DNA of 64,000 nucleotides from an uncultured Candidatus Saccharibacteria bacterium (lineage in GTDB: Bacteria; Patescibacteriota; Saccharimonadia; Saccharimonadales; 2-12-FULL-41-12), in assembly GCA_947085855.1 (NCBI GenBank), contig CAMTYB010000002.1, positions 23,278 through 87,277 of the forward strand, read 5' to 3'. This document shows, in pieces, positions 57,211 to 64,000 of the stretch. The notes below the pieces were generated by a model. That model saw nothing but the letters and a program-made list of their open reading frames with translations, ran no database searches and was not told the origin of the DNA. The translations under genes and the position numbers were made by a program. Each line of letters starts with the position of its first letter. Within the stretch, counting starts at the first letter, position 1.

Positions 57211-59811
57211 ATGGAGGCCTTGCAGCTGATAAAACCATATATCATTACCGCTCTGTGGGTTGTGTTCGGTTTGCTGATCATTTACTGCCTTTTGGTACTT
57301 GTTCGAACAATCCTCAACCTACGAGCACTGCTGAGTCGCCATATGGCGTGGCTGGAAATTACCCCGCCAGCGAGTATTAACAAAACACCAGCTGCAACCG
57401 AGCAATTATTTTCCGTGCTGCATGGTCTGCGCGTGACTAGGCGGCTCAAAGACAAAATACTGAACCGTGAACCGGTCATGAGTTTTGAGATCGTTTCCAC
57501 TAAGCAGCATGGTATTCGCTATCTCGTGCAGGTCGAAAAGCAGCACGCCCAGGCCGTCCACAAAATGATCGTGGCCTACATTCCTGATGCCAAAGTAAAA
57601 CAAGTGAAGCATGAAACGGCCTCAGTACCTGTAGTTATTGAGTTCAAGCAAGCTGGCCACTTCGTACTGCCCCTGACCTTGACCTCTGCCGTTGAAGAGC
57701 ATGACCCACTGTCCTATGTCACGAGCGCAATGGCGAACTTGAGAGAAAACGAGCAACTTACCTTACAGCTGGTTGCTAAGCCCATTAAACTGCGTGAAGC
57801 TGAGAGGTTGTCGCATCGCATCTTAGGTAACGAGAATATTTTGCAGCAAGTTGGCGGCCAAGGGCTATCGAAATTCAGCAGAGGAACCAGTATTGCCCAG
57901 CGCGGCGTACAAGGTATTGCTGATCTGACCAGTGAAATCTATGTCGGCACCACCTATGGACATAAAAACTATTACGATTCAAAACAAAAACAACTACATC
58001 AGCAAACAGCTATTCGCCGCGATGACCGACCAGCCCGGACACTCAGTGTATTTGAACTAGAGCTAATGGACACCATGCACAAGAAAGTCAGCAAGCCACT
58101 GTTTCAAGTGAGCCTACGACTGCTTATTAACAGCGATACACCAAAAGAGCACTTGAGCGCACTGCGCTCGTCACTAGATGGCTTTAGCGTGCCACAGTAT
58201 CAAAGCTTACGTAAGAAGCCACAGCTGCCACCAGTGCAAACAACACGCGTAGCTTTAGCTCGCCGGAGATTACCGACATTGTTTCAGCGAAATGCACTCA
58301 TATTATCTTCTTCTGAGCTGGCCAGCCTGTACCACTTCCCAGCAAGTGACATTAGTAAGACCGATAATCTTATTACATCGCTCAGCCGCACTCTACCGGC
58401 ACCGGTTTCACTCAAACAAGGCACTACGCTTGATGTGGCTTTTGGCATGAATCGCCACAACGGAGTTGAAACGCTAATTGGATTAACCGGTGCTGAGCGC
58501 CAGCGCCACATCTACATCATCGGTGGTACGGGCAATGGTAAAACCACGATGCTTCTCTATGGTATTGTCCAGGATATGCAGGCGGGTAAAGGTATCGCAG
58601 TGCTTGATCCGCATGGCGATCTCGCTGAAACAATTCTGCGTCATGTGCCAGAAGATCGCATTCAGGATGTTATCTATATGAACCCGGATGACCTCATGCA
58701 TCCCGTCGGCATCAACTTGCTAGAACTTGACGCTAGTCTTACTGGCGACGACTTACTGCGCGAGAAAGATCTGATCACTGAATCAACCATCTCGGTCTTA
58801 CGTAAAATATTCTCCGAGGATGATTCAGGCGGACACCGTATTGAATACGTACTACGTAATACCATTCAAACTGCTCTGACAGTAGAAGGCGCAACGCTCT
58901 TTACGATCTTTCGCCTCTTGAATGACCAAAAGTATCGTCGTTCAGTCACTAAAGCACTCGAAGACCAAGACCTCAAGAACTTCTGGGATAACGAGCTGGG
59001 TAAGGCTGGTGAGTTCCAGCGAGTTAAGATGGCCGCTGGTATCACTGCTAAGATCGGGCGTTTTCTGTTCTCAGCCAGTGCGAAACGAATCCTAGAACAA
59101 GAAAAGTCTAGTGTTGATTTCTACGATGTCATTAACTCTGGCAAGATACTAATCTGTAACTTCTCCAAAGGTTTGCTGGGAGAGGATACATCAACGCTGT
59201 TTGGTACAACCGTGCTCGCAAAACTTCAAGTGGCATCACTGAAACGGGCACGACTGCAACAAACTGATCGTCGCCCCTTCTATCTCTATGTCGATGAGTT
59301 CCAGAACTTTGCGACTATGAGCTTTGTCCAGATGCTCAGTGAAGCACGGAAGTACAAACTATTCCTGACAATGGCTGAACAGTCTACCTCGCAGCAAGAT
59401 GAACAAAGGTTGGTGGATATAATCCTCGCCAACGTCGGGACGGTGATCTGCTTCCGCTCAGGCAGTCCTTCCGATGAGCGCCTTATGTTACCACTATTCA
59501 GCCCATACATTGAGCAGGGCGAAATAGCTAATCTGCCAGCTTATACTTTCTATTGCCGGATTGCTGCCTTGCAGGCACAGGAGCCGATGTCAGGACAGAC
59601 AATGCTGCTTGAACAAGAAGATGACCATAAGATAGCCGAACGTGCGATTGCATACTCACGAAAGGCATATGGAACGAAGCAGAAACCTGAAGTAGCCCAA
59701 ATAAGAAAGTCTGCACCCAAGAAAGCTGCGCCGTCAAAGAAGCAGAAAACTCAGGTGAAAAATGCTGCGCCAGCAGCAGATAACGCAAGTCAGGATACGC
59801 CAACAAATTAA
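57211..59811 (+). CDS. virD4: VirD4/TraG-like type IV coupling protein
   Basis: N-terminal TM, Walker A IIGGTGNGKTTML, Walker B FYLYVDEFQNF. 866 aa. Confidence 0.8.
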   Translation: MEALQLIKPYIITALWVVFGLLIIYCLLVLVRTILNLRALLSRHMAWLEITPPASINKTPAATEQLFSVLHGLRVTRRLKDKILNREPVMSFEIVSTKQHGIRYLVQVEKQHAQAVHKMIVAYIPDAKVKQVKHETASVPVVIEFKQAGHFVLPLTLTSAVEEHDPLSYVTSAMANLRENEQLTLQLVAKPIKLREAERLSHRILGNENILQQVGGQGLSKFSRGTSIAQRGVQGIADLTSEIYVGTTYGHKNYYDSKQKQLHQQTAIRRDDRPARTLSVFELELMDTMHKKVSKPLFQVSLRLLINSDTPKEHLSALRSSLDGFSVPQYQSLRKKPQLPPVQTTRVALARRRLPTLFQRNALILSSSELASLYHFPASDISKTDNLITSLSRTLPAPVSLKQGTTLDVAFGMNRHNGVETLIGLTGAERQRHIYIIGGTGNGKTTMLLYGIVQDMQAGKGIAVLDPHGDLAETILRHVPEDRIQDVIYMNPDDLMHPVGINLLELDASLTGDDLLREKDLITESTISVLRKIFSEDDSGGHRIEYVLRNTIQTALTVEGATLFTIFRLLNDQKYRRSVTKALEDQDLKNFWDNELGKAGEFQRVKMAAGITAKIGRFLFSASAKRILEQEKSSVDFYDVINSGKILICNFSKGLLGEDTSTLFGTTVLAKLQVASLKRARLQQTDRRPFYLYVDEFQNFATMSFVQMLSEARKYKLFLTMAEQSTSQQDEQRLVDIILANVGTVICFRSGSPSDERLMLPLFSPYIEQGEIANLPAYTFYCRIAALQAQEPMSGQTMLLEQEDDHKIAERAIAYSRKAYGTKQKPEVAQIRKSAPKKAAPSKKQKTQVKNAAPAADNASQDTPTN

Positions 59812-59818
59812 ATAAAAA

Positions 59819-59855
59819 GAAGGCTTCTGTTTCCTCGCAAGGAGCACAAGCCTTC
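59819..59855 (-). terminator. hairpin between convergent virD4-like and Replic_Relax-like genes (terminator candidate)
   Basis: GAAGGCTT (59819-59826) pairs with AAGCCTTC (59848-59855). On the minus strand it is followed by TTTTTATT (59811-59818). Confidence 0.45.
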
Positions 59856-59911
59856 CTGGGTTTGATTATAGCTGCATTGCGTCCACAACGAAATCGTTAT
59901 GGAAGCCCTAA

Positions 59912-60727
59912 TTAAAGCGCAGTAAGCTTTCCAGGCTCATAGACACTGCTCCACACTGCCGCAGTTGCATCTGAGACCTTCAGAGCCTTCATGGTCGTCA
60001 AATAAATCTGCAAGTCGTCTATACCAGCGTTGTCGAGAGTCTTATAAATATGATGTTGTAGTTTCTTTTCCATGCTGGAATCTGCACAGACGAGCAAGAT
60101 GGTTGGGTAGTCAGTTTTTGAGCTTGCTTCCCAGTCACCTGAATCAAAGTGTTCAAGAAGTGCTGCAAACTCCTTCTTTATGATGAAAAGTGCCTTATCA
60201 GTATAGATATGAAGGATGTACTCATTCGTAGTGGCAGAGGGCTTGATTCTATTTAGGTAGAGGTCTGGTCGGGGCTCGGGCATGTAGCTGTACTTAGTAA
60301 GCTCGGTCTTGGTGAAGATATGAAAGGTTTCTGCATAGCTTGCTCGTAAGGCAAGGTAGACTTTGAAGGTGTTTGTATATTGGTCTATATAGCTTTCAGA
60401 CACTGACTTATTGTTATACATAATATGCAGCGCCTTTTCATTGACGCCTTCACTGCGCAATAGCTTCACCGATTCAGTCGTGAGATAGTAGCGAGCGCCT
60501 TTGTTCTGAAATAATTCATTGCCTGTTACTCGTTTGTCCAAGTATCCATTTTCTACCAAACGTTCTAATGCATTAAACATAGATTGTCTGCTTTTCAGGT
60601 TCTTGTACTGAGCTAGTAATGGTGCTGTTATGAATCTAAATTTATAAGCTAGTTTCAGTATGTGTAGTTGTTTTTTAGTTACTTGAGGTTTAGCAGTAGG
60701 GTCTGGCCTGGCTATAGTCTTTCGCAT
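59912..60727 (-). CDS. Replication-relaxation (Replic_Relax)-like protein
   Basis: The N-terminal winged-helix pattern VTKKQLHILKLAYKFRFITAPLLAQY...ALERLVENGYLDKRV resembles the family. Not verified by search. Confidence 0.45.
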   Translation of the reverse strand: MRKTIARPDPTAKPQVTKKQLHILKLAYKFRFITAPLLAQYKNLKSRQSMFNALERLVENGYLDKRVTGNELFQNKGARYYLTTESVKLLRSEGVNEKALHIMYNNKSVSESYIDQYTNTFKVYLALRASYAETFHIFTKTELTKYSYMPEPRPDLYLNRIKPSATTNEYILHIYTDKALFIIKKEFAALLEHFDSGDWEASSKTDYPTILLVCADSSMEKKLQHHIYKTLDNAGIDDLQIYLTTMKALKVSDATAAVWSSVYEPGKLTAL

Positions 60728-60893
60728 CTAGTATGGTTGCTGCCTCTCTCCACCGTTCTGTTATTTCTCCCTATATAGTACATATAAAAGAGGAAGAATA
60801 ATAGGGTTAATTTATATCTGTTAAAACGTGTAAATTATAAATACATCGGGGTATTCATTATTTGTGGAAAACTTTATCATAAAAAGTACTTGC

Positions 60894-60937
60894 AACTATC
60901 TCTATCAAGATAGTATACTATATCTATAGAGATAGTT
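60894..60937. promoter_or_regulatory. 12-bp perfect inverted repeat with nested GATAG/CTATC palindromic spacer (candidate oriT or operator)
   Basis: AACTATCTCTAT (60894-60905) and ATAGAGATAGTT (60926-60937) flank a 20-nt spacer CAAGATAGTATACTATATCT. Confidence 0.45.
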
Positions 60938-60962
60938 AATCTCTGAAGCGAGGGTATAAAAA

Positions 60963-61157
60963 ATGGCAAGAACCAAGGGCGCTAAAAACAAGAACACCGA
61001 CACTTTACCTCATTATGTGAAGCTTCCGACAGAGGCTAAAGTACAGTTCCTTGCGGCACTTATCGTTGACTGTATCCAGGCCGACCAAACACAGGGCGGT
61101 AAGTTACTGAAACAAGTGAGGGTCAAAGATCGTGGAAGACCAACGCTACTTACCTAA
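60963..61157 (+). CDS. small basic protein upstream of and overlapping the serine recombinase gene
   Basis: 64 aa. ATG follows GAGGG (60951-60955). Function unknown. Confidence 0.45.
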   Translation: MARTKGAKNKNTDTLPHYVKLPTEAKVQFLAALIVDCIQADQTQGGKLLKQVRVKDRGRPTLLT

Positions 61158-62806
61158 AAACGCTGTCGCTGCGATTCGGGTGTCTTCAGTAAAGCAAGGC
61201 ACTCAGGGCGATTCGCCTGATGCTCAGAAAGAGCAAATTGAACGCTATGCCGAAAGCCATAACCTTGTTATTAAAAAGATCTTCGTATTTCTAGAGTCTG
61301 CTAGTAAAGAACAGCAGCCCATGCAGGAAGCCATCGATTACTGCAAGAATCCTAAGAATGGTGTACAGCTCTTTATCATTAAGTCTATCGATCGTTTTAC
61401 GCGAGGCGGCTCTTATTCATATGACCATCTCAAGCTACAACTAGAAAAGTATGATGTGCAGCTGGTGGATATATACGGCGTTATTAGCTCGCAAAAAGTA
61501 AATACACTCGATCACTTAGGCGTTGAATACAAATGGAGCGTCTACTCCCCGACGCAGAAGGCGGAGATATTAGAGGCCGAACGAGCCAAGGATGAAATGC
61601 GCGACATTATGAGCCGTATGATTGGTGCTCAAATACGCTATGCCCGTATGGGCTACTGGGTCAGAAAACCACCCTTTGGCTTTGACAATAAGAAGGTTGA
61701 GACAGCTAATGGTAAGCGCTGTATTCTTGTGCCGCATCCCACAGAAGCCGAGTTCATAATCAAGATGTTTGAGTTGAGGGCTAAAGGCACACTTAACGAT
61801 GAACAGATTGTCGATAAGATAAATCAAATGGGCTATGTGTCCAGAACAGACCTATTGCGAGATAAGAGTGACCGTTCAAGGGTTATTGCTAAGAGAGGTG
61901 GGCAGGAACTGATCCTCAAGACATTCTGGAGGATGATTCAAAATCCGGTGTATGCTGGCGTCAATCCTGAGAAATGGACACAGGGTAAGCCTGTGAAGTG
62001 TCATTTTGACGGACTGGTATCAATAGAACTCTTTAATAAGGCTAACCGCGGTAAGATTACTATCACCGAGAATAATGGTGAGGTTGAGATATATCGGCGT
62101 AAACCACCAGAGCATTTAGTGAAAAAAGGCGTCCGTAACCCTGACTTCCCATACAAGCGTGAGGTTATGTGCCCAGAATGCGAGAAACCACTCTACGGTA
62201 GTGCGTCGCGTGGCAGGCTTGGCAAGTATTACCCTGCTTACCATTGTAATAAACGTGGACACTATTTCAGAGTGCCTAAGGCTGATTTTGAAAAGACCAT
62301 TGAGAACTTCGTGAAGAGCATTCGCATAGCACCAGAGCGGATCAGCGAGCTAGAGGAAGCGGTCATCGCTGAGTGGAACAAGCGACAAGCAGAGGTTCAA
62401 AAAGATGAACTGAGCATAGATGTACGTATTACTGAACAGAAGACATCTGCTGCTATGGCAATGGATAAGATTAAATACTTAAACTCAGAGACAGCAATTA
62501 AATATATGGAGGATGAACTTATGAAAACAGAGGATCAGATCGCGTCGTTAATGGCACAAAAGGAGAAACTAAAACAGGCAGAAACCACTCAAATCAGTAC
62601 CGTTATGGACTATATACGATATTTTCTGGAACACCTTGAGTATCTACTACTCCAACAGATGAATCCAGTCGCAAAAGCGGGTTATTTTGGCTTAATTTTC
62701 GACAAAGCACCCACATACCGGGAAATAATTTCTGGAACCGAAGATATTACGAAAATTTCAGGAGTGAATGAGCTATTCTTAGCCCTGAATGATGATTCAG
62801 GACACA
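61132..62806 (+). CDS. large serine recombinase (3' end undefined: no in-frame stop before 63375)
   Basis: AVAAIRVSSVKQGTQGDSPDAQ (catalytic Ser), recombinase domain, Zn-ribbon CPECEKPLYG...YHCNKRGH, coiled-coil insert. Recombinase-like sequence ends at about aa 558, where the ORF runs antisense into tRNA-Gln. Confidence 0.8.
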
Positions 62807-62814
62807 TGGCTGGG
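62807..62814. repeat. right copy of 8-bp direct repeat TGGCTGGG (putative attR core, equal to the tRNA-Gln 3' end)
   Basis: The complement is CCCAGCCA, the last 8 nt of the tRNA including the CCA. Confidence 0.5.
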
Positions 62815-62880
62815 GATGAGGGATTCGAACCCCCGATCTCGGGACCAGAACCCGGTGCCTTACCACTTGGCCAATCCCCA
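62807..62880 (-). tRNA. tRNA-Gln (anticodon CUG), CCA encoded
   Basis: Hand-folded. Acceptor UGGGGAU/AUCCCCA with U1-A72 and discriminator G, as in E. coli tRNA-Gln. D arm GCCAAGUGGUAAGGC, anticodon arm CCGGG-UUCUGGU-CCCGA, T arm GGGGG-UUCGAAU-CCCUC. Hidden inside track ORF 61132..63375 (translated as GDEGFEPPISGPEPGALPLGQSP). Confidence 0.85.
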
Positions 62881-63003
62881 TTACTGGTATGTACAGGGGC
62901 AAATTGTAGCAGATTATATATAAATTATCCAGACGTTCTTATTGAATGTCGGGGTGTTTCATGGTATAAAATATTCAATAACATGGTGTCGCAAGGAGAG
63001 AAT

Positions 63004-63375
63004 ATGGCTGACGATAAGCAACCGAGTCCACAAGAACAATTTGAACAGAATTTTACTGCTGCAATGCAAGCGATTGAAGCGGCTGGCGCCCAAGATCCGT
63101 ATAAGGGCGATGAGCTGCGGGCTGCCAAAGTCGGTGCCTATTCTGTACTACAGGCTGGTGAAATGGCTCATACTGAACGTCTACAGCGCCAAATTAATGT
63201 AGCTAGCCGAGTTGGCGAATTGGCTGCTAGAAATGGTGATAGTTTATTGAGTGAAGAAATGGTGCAAGTAGTCGAGCTGGATCGTCCAATTTTGGACGCA
63301 TTGTTGGCTGGCGAGTCTGATAATCCTGAGAAAGCGCCAACCGATAAAGCCAAAACAGGTGGTGGCAAAGCCTAG
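63004..63375 (+). CDS. hypothetical protein
   Basis: ATG 63004 follows AAGGAG (62993-62998). 123 aa. By chance in frame with the recombinase ORF. Confidence 0.55.
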   Translation: MADDKQPSPQEQFEQNFTAAMQAIEAAGAQDPYKGDELRAAKVGAYSVLQAGEMAHTERLQRQINVASRVGELAARNGDSLLSEEMVQVVELDRPILDALLAGESDNPEKAPTDKAKTGGGKA

Positions 63376-63418
63376 GCTGCCCAGCTCCTTTTGCTCGTAA
63401 CAAGCACCTGGAATTGCT

Positions 63419-64000
63419 ATGGAAATTGTTAGAGTTCCAGCGTTTGATCATTCGCACATAGACAGCGAGCCGTTGAATCCGGTTGGCGCGCCGATACCAT
63501 ATGAGTGGCAGGGCGAAAAGGTCCCGTTGGTAGTTTCGCACGACGCAACATTAGATAGTCCGCTACGCCAAATATCTGGAATCCACGGCCGCTCGTATGA
63601 AGTAACTTCGCCAGACGCTGAAGTCTGGACGGATGAATATGGCAATCCGTATACTTCGTTGAGCAGTAAGGGTAATAACCTAACACGACCTGACTTAATG
63701 CGGTCGGCAACCGCACCGAGTGGTTTTTTGCCTTACGGCCTGCAGGAGAGCGACGCGCTGTTGCGCGTAGTGCGGGCGTCTCGCATTATGCGCGAAGCTG
63801 GCGTTGATACCGAATGGCCGCTGCGCTATTTGCAGCCAAAGTCGTTGGTATTTGAAGGCGACGTCTTGAGTGTAGGCGAGTATAAGGCTCGTTTAATTTC
63901 GCGCCTACTCGATAAAGTTCAGACCGAGGAATCGTTTGATGATAATCGCGCTGAGGCTCTCGAAGAATTAAGTGAGGCCTCAAAAGTTATTGTAGAGATG
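63419..64000 (+). CDS. hypothetical protein, 3' end outside window (not in the ORF track)
   Basis: Hand translation from ATG 63419 (MEIVRVPAFDHSHIDSEPLNPVGAPIPYEWQGEK...) gives 194 codons with no stop to the window edge. The listed minus-strand ORFs here are antisense to it. Confidence 0.6.
   Translation, partial: MEIVRVPAFDHSHIDSEPLNPVGAPIPYEWQGEKVPLVVSHDATLDSPLRQISGIHGRSYEVTSPDAEVWTDEYGNPYTSLSSKGNNLTRPDLMRSATAPSGFLPYGLQESDALLRVVRASRIMREAGVDTEWPLRYLQPKSLVFEGDVLSVGEYKARLISRLLDKVQTEESFDDNRAEALEELSEASKVIVEM

Larger units (their letters stand above)
43431..62814. mobile_element. putative integrative conjugative element inserted in the tRNA-Gln 3' end (about 19.4 kb)
   Basis: Bounded by the 8-bp direct repeat. 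The tRNA sits at one side and its orphaned terminator at the other. Contents are two recombinases, a T4SS, a Replic_Relax-like protein, nuclease/defence cargo and a foreign-GC block. Confidence 0.6.

Noticed and set aside
61132-63375. Track ORF of 747 aa taken as one protein
   Set aside because: It is a composite. The recombinase sequence ends at about 62806. Positions 62807-62880 are tRNA-Gln read antisense. Positions 63004-63375 have their own SD and ATG. No in-frame stop happens to separate them.
63227-63983. Minus-strand ORFs 63227..63541, 63429..63716, 63448..63645 and 63786..63983
   Set aside because: They are antisense to a 194-codon plus-strand frame (63419..64000) that runs open to the window edge and was absent from the track only because it lacks a stop.
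1-64000. CRISPR arrays, rRNA genes, IS elements with terminal inverted repeats, and a reverse transcriptase/DGR associated with the tail-like genes
   Set aside because: On reading the window I saw no regularly spaced direct repeats, no rRNA-like sequence, no transposase ORF and no RT motif (YxDD). This was a by-eye scan, not an exhaustive search.

Overview
This 64-kb window comes from a bacterial chromosome of roughly 50% GC, judged from spot counts on single 60-nt lines. The gene content looks Patescibacteria/Saccharibacteria-like: a minimal Gram-positive-type T4SS with VirB2-like pilins, an LCP protein and many orphan hypotheticals. That taxonomic call is an inference, not shown by the sequence itself.

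**1-30 kb, ordinary core.** It holds trmD (5' partial), sodA and a purine cluster (purK-purE-HAD-ATPase-purM-purL on the minus strand, purC-purB on the plus strand). It also holds rarA, an FAD-linked oxidase, NDH-2, an NAD(P)-binding protein, an LCP protein, a complete cyoABCDE quinol-oxidase operon, typA, an ABC-2 exporter and a membrane-anchored hydrolase.

**30-43.3 kb, lower-GC accessory DNA.** It is full of hypotheticals. It includes a tandem pair of paralogous small helical proteins, a Fur-family regulator, and a compact nucleotide-enzyme neighbourhood. That neighbourhood has a mini kinase-like protein, an NDK-like protein, a PurN-like formyltransferase, a degenerate ThyX-like protein, MazG, a 530-aa unknown and a Gmk-like kinase.

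**43.43-62.81 kb, main finding.** I read this as a 19.4-kb integrative conjugative element inserted into the 3' end of tRNA-Gln(CUG).
- The tRNA (62807-62880, minus strand) was hidden inside a 747-aa track ORF.
- Its last 8 nt recur at 43431-43438, next to an orphaned minus-strand intrinsic terminator.
- The element carries a PLD/HKD nuclease with a small acidic partner.
- It carries a translationally coupled OLD-family ATPase/Toprim plus DUF2130-like (Zn-ribbon, coiled-coil, PD-(D/E)xK) pair. This is a candidate undescribed defence system.
- It carries two XRE regulators.
- It carries a 2.6-kb block of strikingly high GC that starts in-frame inside a tail-fibre-like gene and encodes actinophage-minor-tail-like proteins.
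- It also carries a catalytic-core tyrosine recombinase, a T4SS (pilin, pilin-VirB6 fusion, PrgI-like, split VirB4, CHAP hydrolase, VirD4), a Replic_Relax-like protein and a large serine recombinase. The recombinase ORF has no stop of its own before the tRNA.

I saw no rRNA and no CRISPR array. All homology calls are motif-level readings of the translated ORFs; no database search was run.
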